Shown here: one piece after another, positions 24,251 to 34,770 of the stretch | Layout of the letters: every line of letters starts with the position of its first letter | Numbering within the stretch: the first letter of the stretch is position 1 | DNA from: Macrostomum lignano | Lineage: Eukaryota | Direction of reading: 5' to 3' | NCBI GenBank assembly: GCA_002269645.1 | Contig: NIVC01002754.1 | Span: 1 to 64,000, forward strand | DNA: 64,000 nucleotides | Made by a program: the position numbers and the translations under genes | The notes under the pieces: model-generated | Seen by the model: only the letters and a program-made list of their open reading frames with translations | Told to the model about the DNA's origin: nothing | Database searches by the model: none

Positions 24251-27200
24251 TCACGATCTAGTAACAATATATCGTCCGCCCGAACCAGAATGTACTTTTG
24301 CCTCTTTTCGACTCGGCGATTGCTCGCGTCGACGACTGCTGTGACTTTTGCGCGATTTTACCTGCGACATTTTTAAAGATGACAAAAGTGCATATAAGCA
24401 TGGTATGATGATAGTCCCTAGTAGAGTCTCTCCTGGAATTATGATTAATTTCAAGTTCTAATTAACTGATGAAGCCACCTAACTACAAACGCATGCTAAC
24501 TTCATGCAGAAGAAAATAAATCGTCCGTAAAAGTATCAAAAAGTGTACTTTGAAGCAAAATTTGGCCTTGAATGAATCCAACACTATCTGTTGCAGCATA
24601 GCCCCCAAGGAAGGCCTGAACTGGCTAGTCTAATATACTAAAAATTTTCTAATAACCTTTTCATCCGATTTCGTTCTAGCCGATCGCAAACCCCGCCGAG
24701 TCGGCGACATGTCGATCAGGTTGCGTCGTTCCAGCTCGGCAAGCGACTGTCTCAGGGCGGCTACAGTTGATGCAGCAGTTTCTGGAATTCTTTTATCGAC
24801 TGCAGACGCAATTGCTGCGGAAGACCTTGATTGCTTCTTAACGTTTGCCTGCTTTGACTTGATGTCTTCAAATCGATTGGGAGATCTGCGACGACGCGGC
24901 GAACTTTCGTTGCTAGGCGGATGTGGAATGGACTTTTACATATGTAGTTATACGAGGTAGTTACTTATTAAACTTATTCCCATTGAGGCTCCACATTCCT
25001 GGGGGCAATGTGGATGCAGGAAGTCACGCCCGGCCACCGTTCCACCGACCCCTAAGCCGGAACACGCTCATACAGGGTGTACAGCGGCCCTGACTTTCTG
25101 AACGTCACTACTGGCATGTACGAGTTCACTGCGCCTTGGGTATTGGCCCTTATGGGCCCGCACGAAAGCCAATTTAATGTGCATGAGCCCCAAACGATTG
25201 TGGCTGGTGCTAAAGCCCCTTGGTGCTAAAGCCCCTTGGTGCTAAAGCCCCTTGGTGCTAAAGCCCCTTGGTGCTAAAGCCAAAAAGACGCTCCCTTTAA
25301 CCACCGATAAAAAACGAGACTGCATACAGCTTTAATTTTATCTCCGTAAAATGCCGTCAGCTGACAAACAACAAAGATGTAAACACGCATACTCCGCCAG
25401 ACACTCACCTTCCAGCAACTCTCAGCCAATCACAATCAGCTGCCATCTCGCTCTGCTGCTTCGCCTTGAGCCGGAAATTCTCAGTCAGCAATTCGTCAAC
25501 TCGACTGTTCGCCTCGGCAAGTCGAGCCCTAAGCCAGTCGGCCTCGCGTCGGCTCTCCGCCAACAGTGCGGCCAGCTCAGCCAGCTGACCATGCAGGTGA
25601 ACTGATCGCCATTCGTCGCCAGAATCGACAACAGAACTGGTTAGCTGGCGAGGTGGTTCGATTTGTTCTGCCTCGGGAGCTTGATAGTGCAACAACTGTT
25701 GCTGATGTTTTTTAAGACGATTCAAATCTTCTTGCTGCGATTCTAAATAGCAGCTGTGTCTAGATAAGTGTACAGGACTGGCAGCAGGTCCAATATCGCT
25801 TGAATCTCTAAGCTGAAAACAGTGCACAGTGCAAATTTACGTTTTAAATTTTAGCACTTTCTACTCACAGTCAAAGGTGATCATATTCGATACTTGTTGA
25901 TAGAGTTTACCCAATGAAAACGATACTTAGACCAAGAAGTGTCCCGGAGTCTGAGTGTAAGTCGACGTCACGATGTAAGTCGCCAAACCTATTGTAGATG
26001 GCCTAGAGTCACTAGATGGCCTAGAGTCCCTAGATGGCCTAGAGTCACTATAGTGAGTTGTTTGCACTGACTTTAGTCACGGTCTTTTCACGGTAAAACA
26101 CGAAGTTTGACACATACGGATGAACATTAGTAACAAAGGAAAACTACTTCATAGATTAATTAAAGTCTTCCGCTAATAACTGCTTTTAACTTACAGAAAG
26201 TGCATTTCTCGCCTCTTTCGCAGTCTCATCCTTTTCCCAAGGAACAACAACTTCTATGGTAATTTATCGGTTGTAGGAGGACTGAGAACCATTTCTCAGT
26301 CCCCAAACGAGGCCTGAGAAATAGTTATCAGTCCTGCTATAAACAGTTGTATTTAACAAATGTAAACCAACAACAGGAAGTTCAAATAGTAAGATTTAGA
26401 AGCGTCTTGTAAGCACTCACTCGAAAATGATTTCAACGGTGTTGGTGTTACCATTGATTTTAAGCCTCATTTTCTTTGCAGGATTAGCACTCACTACGTT
26501 ACTTTGTTCCATAGCTTCAACAGAGCGTTCAGGCTCGGTGTCAATAGACAGACTTGATGACTGACCACCAGATTGAAGAGCATGCGATACTTTAACATGG
26601 TCTTGTACGTCAAACTGAATATAGCGCTCAATAGCTGTCGAAGAGTGTCCTGTAACACGAGCGATGTCCTCTCTAGCAAAGCCAGCACGGTGTAGAGTAC
26701 TTGCACAAGTCTTGCGTAGAGACTGATTAGTGTACCTTTCAGTCACTCCAGTTAGGGGAGCCGTTAATTCACGAACAATACCGTCCAAGCTGTGCTGGCC
26801 GACAGGTGCATTTTGGTACCACCTGCCTTGCTGGATGCTGGCATCGCTACGCATCCAAGCCAGGAACAAATTCTGAACCGTACAGTTTTCCGGTCTTTTG
26901 TCCACATACAGCTTGTAGATGCAGGGTAGACATCTATCATGATCAGCAGTATGAGATGCTTTAACGGTTTTCAATGGAACAAAACGTCGCTTTATGCCAG
27001 CATTGTTGGTCTTCGTGGCTCTGTTCTCACAGTAAACTAGAAGTTCTTGACCGTCTTCATGCTGCAACTGGATCTCACAGCTATATCTCAGACCATGCAG
27101 CTCCGTGCCTCCATGCAAAGCGAACTGCTTGCCAAGGTAGAACACAAGCGCAAACAGCAGTAATTTCGGCGACGTTGTTGCAAGACGTCCTTTCTGCCAC

Positions 27201-30200
27201 AACTCCTCCTCCAGAGTTGCGGGAATTGGGCTAGACGCATTTGTCCCCGGAACTAGGCCCTCTCTAGTAGCTTCTTTCATGGCAGCATCCAATGCCATTC
27301 TTGCATCCCTGCACGCAGCGTCCTTCCAGAGATTCAGTTCTTTCTTGAGCGTGTACTGCAGATAGTGTTGCATCATGGAAAATATGTCCCTAAGGGTCGT
27401 AGCATTGTATTTAGTGCCATCGACTTTTCGCACCTCGAGAATGAACATCTTTAATAGATAGTTCCAATCGCAAGCGTTCCATTCATGACGCTCCTTCAAC
27501 ACGAGAAGGCCAGTTGTATCACCATGTAGAATTTGATTGTGTCGCTGCTCAAACCACTGGTCAAAAATTCTTACAGCCCATAGTTCCTTCCTTCGCGTAT
27601 TTGGTGGGATAGCAGCGTCCAGCTTCCCTTGTATTTCGTCAGTCGAGAGCGTAGCGAATCGATCATTACCAGCAGCAGGATTCGTTGCAGCGGATTCTTT
27701 ACTTTCAAAATATCGTAGCACTAGATCTAAGTCGTCTTCCATGGTTCTATTATATATGCAAATGGATGGACTGCTCAGTGCTCCATCTAGGTAGACGATT
27801 TATAACACTTTAGCCAGTCAGTCACATAGCTTGTGCCATAGACTAACTGTACTGGATATTGATGCGTATTTTGCTTTCAGTAGGTTAAATATTTTCTCCT
27901 CCTTTTTCCAAATATGTCTATGGAAAAGAAAGTCCTCGGATGATATTCTCAAGGCCTCGGCTTCGCCTCGGCCTGAGAAATGCATCCTCGGACTTACTTT
28001 TCCATAGCCACACTTGGAAAAGGAGGAGAATGTATACTTAACCCATAATCTTTGAAAATATTGCACTGTTAAGTCTATTGCTGATTGAAACTTGTTCATA
28101 GCCACAAAAATGTAAAAGAAAAGTTCAATATTTTGTAGACGGATAGGGATACAGAGAGAGGTGGGGAAGACAGAGAGAGGCGGGGGAACAGGAAGAGGCG
28201 GGGGAGACAGAGAGAGGCGGGGGAGACAGAGAGAGGCGGGGAGACAGAGAGAGGCGGGGGAGACAGAGAGAGGTGGGGAAGACAGAGAGAGGTGGGGGAG
28301 ACAGAGAGAGGCGGGGGAGACAGAGAGAGGCGGGGAGACAGAGGGAGGCGGGGGAGACAGAGAGAGGCGGGGGAAACAGGAAGAGGCGGGGGAGACAGAG
28401 AGAGGCGGGGGAGACAGGAAAGGCGGGGGAGACAGAGAGAGGCGGGGGAGACAGAGAGAGGCGGGGGAGACAGAGAGAGGCGGGGGAGACAGAGAGAGGC
28501 GGAGGAGACAGAGAGAGGTGGGGGAGACAGAGAGAGGTGGGGGAGACAGAGAGAGGCGGGAGAAACAGGAAGAGGCGGGGGAGACAGAGAGAGGTAGGGG
28601 AGACAGAGAGAGGTGGGGAGACAGAGAGAGGCGGGGGAGACAGAGAGAGGTGGGGAGACAGAGAGAGGCAGGGGAGACAGAGGGAGGCGGGGAGACAGAG
28701 AGAGGCGGGGGAAACAGGAAGAGGCGGGGGAGACAGAGAGAGGCGGGGGAGACAGGAGAGGCGGGGCAGGAGAGACAAAAAACCACATTATAGTTTTGAT
28801 CAAAACTTCAACCTCCACTTTTACCTTGACAGGCGAAAAATGGCGCGGCCGATTTTCAATAGTTTGATCTGTCGGCCTCGACTCGTGGGGTACTGCGCGA
28901 AAAAAATGATGAAAAAAAAATAAACGACGATGCAGTCGTATGCTACTGAGCATTTAAGTAGTAGCAGTGGTAAATACTAAAATAAAGTTTTCACAAAAAA
29001 TATCCTAAATCTAAAGGTATACCTCGCCTCGAGTTTGCGGTTGCCCAGCTTCCTGCGGCTTCATCTGTCAATCGATTGTGATTGGCCAGCCGCCTGTCCA
29101 ATAGCAGTCTCTCCTCGGATAGTTCGCGTCGAACTCGCGACCTCATCTGTTCCAGCTCGTCGCTGTGCTGAGCGGACTGCCATGCGGTCACGGCCGCTTG
29201 CTGGGATTCCAGCAGCTGGCACAGCCGAGACCATTGCTCCTGGGGTGCAATTGGATAAGCAAGGAGGGCACTACTTCTACTCATTTTTATCCCTCAAAAA
29301 TGCTTACATTGGCATTTCTGGGATTCAGTTACTTCGAGGAACTCATTTTGGAGCTCTGAACAGTTTCAGCACTACGGAACTGAGTCATTGCGGACACTTA
29401 TTTTGGCAACTCCGGACACTCATTTTGGCAACTCCGGACACTTATTTTGGCAACTCCGGACACTTGACCCTCTGGACAACAAGTTAGTCATTCTGGACAC
29501 TTATTGGACAATCTGGACAGTGATTTCTGCACTCTGGACACTTAGTAAACAATCTGGACACTCAGGTAGTCATTCAGGACACTCAGTTGTCATTCCGGAC
29601 ACTCATTTTTACACTCCGGACACTCATTTTTACACTCCGGCACTTCTTTGGCAACTCCGGACACTTATTTTGACATTCCGGACACTTAGAAGAAAATTCG
29701 GACACTCATTTTGACACTCCGGACACTTACTAAACAATCTGGACACTCAGGTAGTTATTCCGAACACTCAGTTAGTCATTCCGGACACTCAGGTAGTTAT
29801 TCCGAACACTCAGTTAGTCATTCCGGACACTCATTTTTACACTCCAGACACTCATTTTGGCACTTTGGACACTCATTTTGGCACCCCGGACACTCATTTT
29901 GGCACTCCGGACACTCATTTTGGCACTCCGGACAACAAGTTAGTCATTCTGGATACTTATTGGACAATCCGGACAGTGATTTTTGCACTCTGGACACTTA
30001 GTAAACAATCTGGACACTCAGGTAGTCATTCCGGACACTCATTTTTACACTTCGGACACTTCTTTGGCAACTCCAGACACTTATTTTGGCACTCCGGACA
30101 CAGTAGAAAATTCGGACACTCATTTTTACACTTCGGACACTTAGTAGACAATCCAGACACTCATTTTTACACTCCGGACACTTCGTAGGCAATCCAAACA

Positions 30201-30831
30201 CTCACTTTGACACTCTTGGCTGGACACTAAGTCTTGACGAAGTTATTGCGAGCTAGTTATAATTATCCTTGACTCTAATTTTGGCAAATTTGCAGATCTC
30301 CAACCTAATTACCTGTTGCTTATTTGGCGGCAGCAGTTTAAAGCTAGCTTGCATTGACGGATATTTGGCAAACAACTCATCCAGAGAAGCTTGATGCAAC
30401 CGATTCGATTGAGGTTTTTTTTGTTGCTCCTGCGGTTGCTGCGGCTGCTGTTTTGTCTCTTTCGGTTCTCGAGAAGGATCCAATTGTCCAGCTAGGGCAG
30501 ACGCCGGTCTCATTGGAAGCTGTTTAATCTCTTCGGCCTTTTTCTCTGAAGTCAATAATAACTCATCGTCCGATTGATAGCCTTGTCTGTTATTGCTGGC
30601 ACTAGTCGTATCTGTTCCAATGGCGACTGCAGCTTCTGAGCAGAACTTTCTACCCTGCTCCACAGCCATGCGAGCTCGTTGCAGAGCGGGAGAAACTCTA
30701 CCACTGCTGCTGCAGTTGTTGTTGCTGACTTGCTGCACTTCCCGGTAAGCAGACGGTGGCAAGCGTCTAGATTTTGACAGCTTTTTTTTCTTAGAATTGA
30801 CAGGCTGCTCGGCTGTCTCAGAGTCTGCCAT
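24251..30831 (-). CDS. Uncharacterised coiled-coil/low-complexity protein (~520 aa); 6 exons: 30831-30313, 29239-29023, 26253-26195, 25812-25409, 24912-24657, 24361-24251
   Basis: GT-AG junctions with consistent phases (0,1,0,2,0), 1566 nt in total. The 59-nt exon 26253-26195 is required to restore frame and has a strong GTAAGT donor. Heptad-like segment LAELAALLAESRREADWLRARLAEANSRVDELLTENFRLK; R/S-rich C-terminus. Confidence 0.7.
24965..25200 (-). mobile_element. Second copy of the SINE-like repeat, in coiled-coil gene intron 4
   Basis: Its reverse complement aligns by eye with 16685-16840. Confidence 0.45.
25207..25281 (+). repeat. 16-bp variant of the GGTGCTAAAGCCCC family, ~4-5 copies
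   Basis: GGTGCTAAAGCCCCTT repeated. Confidence 0.9.
26254..28047 (-). mobile_element. Crypton-like DNA transposon in intron 2 of the coiled-coil gene; exact right boundary uncertain (27923 or ~28047)
   Basis: The YR ORF is flanked by related palindromes at 26279-26334 and 27883-28043 that share GGCCTGAGAAAT. CTATGG occurs in direct orientation at 26254-26259 and 27918-27923. Confidence 0.65.
26417..27742 (-). CDS. Tyrosine recombinase of Crypton type (DUF3504-like), 441 aa, intronless; first catalytic Arg replaced by His and the His of HxxR replaced by Gln
   Basis: N-terminal RFATLSTDEI..AAIPPNTRRKELWAVRIF. Catalytic-domain motifs FALHGGTELH (canonical LRG), TKTNNAG, YTNQSLR (canonical NHSLR) and TGHSS..IERY. 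Confidence 0.85.
   Translation of the reverse strand: MEDDLDLVLRYFESKESAATNPAAGNDRFATLSTDEIQGKLDAAIPPNTRRKELWAVRIFDQWFEQRHNQILHGDTTGLLVLKERHEWNACDWNYLLKMFILEVRKVDGTKYNATTLRDIFSMMQHYLQYTLKKELNLWKDAACRDARMALDAAMKEATREGLVPGTNASSPIPATLEEELWQKGRLATTSPKLLLFALVFYLGKQFALHGGTELHGLRYSCEIQLQHEDGQELLVYCENRATKTNNAGIKRRFVPLKTVKASHTADHDRCLPCIYKLYVDKRPENCTVQNLFLAWMRSDASIQQGRWYQNAPVGQHSLDGIVRELTAPLTGVTERYTNQSLRKTCASTLHRAGFAREDIARVTGHSSTAIERYIQFDVQDHVKVSHALQSGGQSSSLSIDTEPERSVEAMEQSNVVSANPAKKMRLKINGNTNTVEIIFE
28146..28770. repeat. ~19-bp purine-rich minisatellite (GGGGAGACAGAGAGAGGCG)
   Basis: Direct reading. Confidence 0.95.
29390..30235. repeat. Degenerate ~21-bp minisatellite (TCCGGACACTCATTTTGGCAC) with higher-order blocks
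   Basis: GGACACT core repeated about 35-40 times (approximate). Confidence 0.9.
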
Positions 30832-31544
30832 AGGTAATAATGATCAGGTGTCTATTATACTCTTTTATATCTATATCTATCTTTTTTCAACTCGAATTAT
30901 ATGACTGACAGGTGTGAAGAAGAGAGCTGAGTAGGCAAGCTAAATAGTTTTAAAAGAAATAGTGGCTATAGTGTTCAACACAAGTGGGTAACTACCTGCT
31001 GGGAAGTTCTGATGATGAATAAATTCACCCAGCATACACCCAGTACAGAGCCCATAAAAGAAGTCTAGAAGAAAACCTATAATGTAAAAACACCATTACA
31101 ACTATGTCCACAAAGGTTCCATCTGAGTTATGACTTTAGCGTGTATAGGAGCCATGCGCGTTTGTGTGCGCTGAGAAAACAATTACTAACACGATGATTA
31201 TATATGTAAAATATTAAAACTCTATACGACGCTATTAAACTAAACACAGCTGTTTGAGTAAGCTACTGCACAATTTTACTATTATAAACGTTGACATAAG
31301 TTGCGCCTGAGTAAACAAAGTGGGTTGATGCATTAAGCATTAGCCCTGCATTAACCCCGATCCTGCATTCATGCAAGAGATGCCAGTAAACTATTTTGCG
31401 AGCAGCTTCTTTGGTTCAGAATTGTGCAGTAAAAACTGATGCCGATGCTTATGAGACAATTGCTTCAACATATTTTTGTATTACCCATTGTTTCAGCTGA
31501 TGCTGACTTGATTCGAGGCATCAATAAACCTAAGGATCTGAAAG

Positions 31545-31955
31545 ACTGGCCCAGCAACTAAGGATCTGGAAGGCTGGCCCAGCAACTGAGGATCTGGAAG
31601 GCTGGCCCAGCAACTGAGGATCTGGAAGGCTGGCCCAGCAACTGAGGATCTGAAAGGCTGGCCCAGCAACTGAGGATCTGGAAGGCTGTGGCCAGCAACT
31701 GAGGATCTGGGAGGCTGGCCCAGCAACTGAGAATTTGTGAGGCTGGCCCAGCAACTGAGAATCTGTGAGGCTGGCCCAGCAACTGAGGATCTGGGAGGCT
31801 GGCCCAGCAACTGAGGATCTGGGAGGCTGGCCCAGCAACTGAGAATCTGTGAGGCTGGCCCAGCAACTGAGGATCTGGGAGGCTGGTCCAGCAACTGAGA
31901 ATTTGTGAGGCTGGCCAGCAACTGAGAATCTGTGAGGCTGGCCCAGCAACTGAGG
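31545..31955 (+). repeat. 28-bp minisatellite family, array 1 (GGCTGGCCCAGCAACTGAGGATCTGGGA)
   Basis: Same unit at 38795, 46447 and 49255. Confidence 0.95.
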
Positions 31956-32348
31956 ATAATCTCCAGCGTTGGGTATGTCGGATTTGTCGGCGGACGTCTC
32001 AATGCTGCACAGGAAAGCGCTTCATTCTCACAAGAGTGATTCGATAATTTACATAAAAAATGAGACACCAATCAACTAGGATATTTAAAGTAGCGGTTTT
32101 ATCGGAACGTGACTTCTAGTAGTCCTTGGTTATCAGTTTTTTTAAAGCAGTAACAAAAAAAATATTTTTAATTTATTAGTTTAAATTTGGTCAACCAAAA
32201 ACGATTTTGATGTGTCTTTTCTGTGTCGTGTCTGGAAGTTGAATCGAATCGTAGGAAATTGAGCACGTATGTTTATTTTATTTACCCACCACCACCAACA
32301 TTGTTGTTCAACAGTCAAGATACGAATACTACTCAGTTTTAGAAGCTG

Positions 32349-34770
32349 TCAGCAATGGTTTTTATCGACTTTAAACACGGCATTGACCATCCGACCGCCG
32401 CACATTTGGTCAGAGTCGCCGGCGCAGGGCAATCGACAGTCGGAACGCTCGGCCTCGCCATTGCTGCCGTAGTTGTCGCCACAGCGGCACTGGTTGCCTT
32501 CCCGAAGGGCGAACACCGACGTGCCGCGTTTCAGACAGAGGCAGTTGCACTTCTCACGGGTCATGTCATCGCTGGACGACGCAAGTGAATCGAAATCGGG
32601 CCAATGATTGCTCTCGAAAAAGCAGCCGACAAAATCTGGAAATGGCAGCCAATTGTAAAATGCAGATTTACGCACATATGAAAAGCATTGAATCTATTTG
32701 CGCAAAAAGATGCAACCCATGTGATGCGCTATTTTTTATGATATCTTTCTTGTTTTCGAATTTATTAGATCATTCTGACCCTTCTGTGATGGGTTTAGGC
32801 CTTTTCGGCTCCTTTGTGGAAGCCTTCGGGCCTCAGGTCTCAGAAATAAATCAATTAGAGTCCTGGCCCCCCACTCCTGTCAGATGGTCAGCCCCATGGT
32901 AGCTTGATCGTGTGGCGAGCAGTCTAGGTCCTATAGCTTAGAGAGGGACAGCGAGAGACAAGCACGGAGAATTTTGAAGGTAGAAATTAGATAATCCGCA
33001 GATTAACTAACCCGCTGCCACCAGCCCGTGCGTTCTGGCTCACCACACCGGAACTTTCGAAATCGGGCTTCCGACTAGAGGGGGTTTAGCACTTACCTGC
33101 CAACTAGTGTCTTTTTGCTGTCAATCTCGAAGTCATAGCCGATGATAAGGGACAGATGGTTTGATTAGTTGATTGCATGTGCGCGAGTTTACTAGCCCGT
33201 ATGTACAATTGCTCGCTGTACAATCATAACAATATATTAGTAAGTGCCTTGGCGCCCTGGGCAGCCAAGATTGGTCTACGCCTGAAGCCTATTTCTTGTC
33301 TTGGCTTGTTCCCACACATTGAAGTTAAAACATAAAAAACCACTTACGTCCGGCCTTGATGGCACTTTTCTTCTTTTCTCCAAAAACTTGAACTTCGCAA
33401 AGAGTCAAGGGTGAGCGTTTCCGATTGTTGATGCGTAGCTTCTGGCCGACCTTATTGCACTGGAACGTCTTCACAGAAAAGAAGCCGCTCGACTTGAACG
33501 AGGCGCACTCCTGACCGTCCACTGTGATGGAAAAGTCGTTGAGTCTCTCTGAGCAGCAGTCGAGTCGGTTGTAGATTCGAACCTGCTTGACGAGCGATCG
33601 CTCTTTGAGAGTCGCTTGCCACCAGCCAAACTCAGATTTTGTGTGAGTGCAGCTTTGTAAGTGCCAATTAGGACTCGTGTTACCATCGAATGCTCTTTGG
33701 CAAACACCATTGGTTGCTGTAGAACTTTGAGAGCATGACACGAGAGCAAGGCGGTCTAAAAAAGGAAAGAGTTGTTTAAATGCAAGCTAGGTTACACAAG
33801 TACTCTATTAAGCATCAGTATGGATAAAAACGGATTGACACCCTGTATTACTCTTTGGAGTTGGCAGTTTGACTTCCTCTCCGTACACCTGCACTTCGCA
33901 GAGAGTCAGCGGTGACGTTTTACGGTTCCTCACAGTCACAACTTGACCGATCCTGTCGCATTTGAATGCGCGAATTGAAAGAAACTGTTGGACTTGTACG
34001 ACGCGCACTCGTGCCCATCGACCATGATTACAAAGTTGTTTAGCCGGTCTGAGCAACAGTCAATCCGGTTGGTGATTCGAACCGTCCGAATGTGAGACAG
34101 CGACTTGGTTCTCGCCTGCCACCAGCCCTTCTCATTTTTGGTGTGAGAGCAGGAATTGTGGCTATAGAATTGGTGATCGTTGTTGTCGATGGCTCGACTG
34201 CAGACGCCTTCAGAAGAGGTTGAAGACTGCAGACATTCCATCATTGGGAGCCTCGCTGAAATCAGATGCACAAGTTCAAATATTTAGTTCTATGCTACTT
34301 CCGAAAATGTTTCTATTGGCTAAAGCCTGCTAGTATAGTATGTCTTTCTTATGCGCTTACCGCCATAAGGATTTCTTGGAATGTAGTTTCCGAAGATCTG
34401 CACTTCGCAAAGAGTCAGCGGCGTTTTGATTCGATTCTTGATTACCAGCATCTGACCGACTTTGTTACACCTGAAGATCTTCACTGAAAATGACTTTCTC
34501 GAACTGTATGACTCGCACTCTTGACCATCGAGAAAGATGGAGAAGCTGTTGAGTCTGTCTGAGCAGCAGTCGAGTCTGTTGTAGATTAGAACAAATCGCA
34601 CTCGAGCGAATCCGGATCCCCTTATGTAGGCTTGCCAAAAGCCTTTCTCGGCCTTTGTGTGCGTGCACGAGCCTGCGGCATAGTGCTGGTTAATTCTTCA
34701 TCGAAGGCTCGTTCGCACGCGCCTCCAGATGACGTAGAGCTTTGGTAACACTCACCAAATTGCAGTTTGT
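32349..34770 (-). CDS. F-type lectin (3x fucolectin/FTP domains) with a C-terminal WSC domain; exons 34770-34361, 34255-33852, 33755-33348, 32635-32349; 5' end unresolved; two apparent 1-bp frameshifts (~34699, ~33979)
   Basis: Each domain has SC(T/S)HT...NR(L/I)DCCS(D/E)RL...LTLCEVQ(I/V)(F/Y)G, the F-lectin motif. WSC: FVGCFFE...MTREKCNCLC...FALREGNQCRCG...CRLPCAGDSDQMCGG. All introns are phase 1 GT-AG. Confidence 0.85.

Noticed and set aside
31545-31955. CRISPR-like 28-bp periodic repeats
   Set aside because: Head-to-tail units with no unique spacers and no cas genes, in a eukaryotic context.
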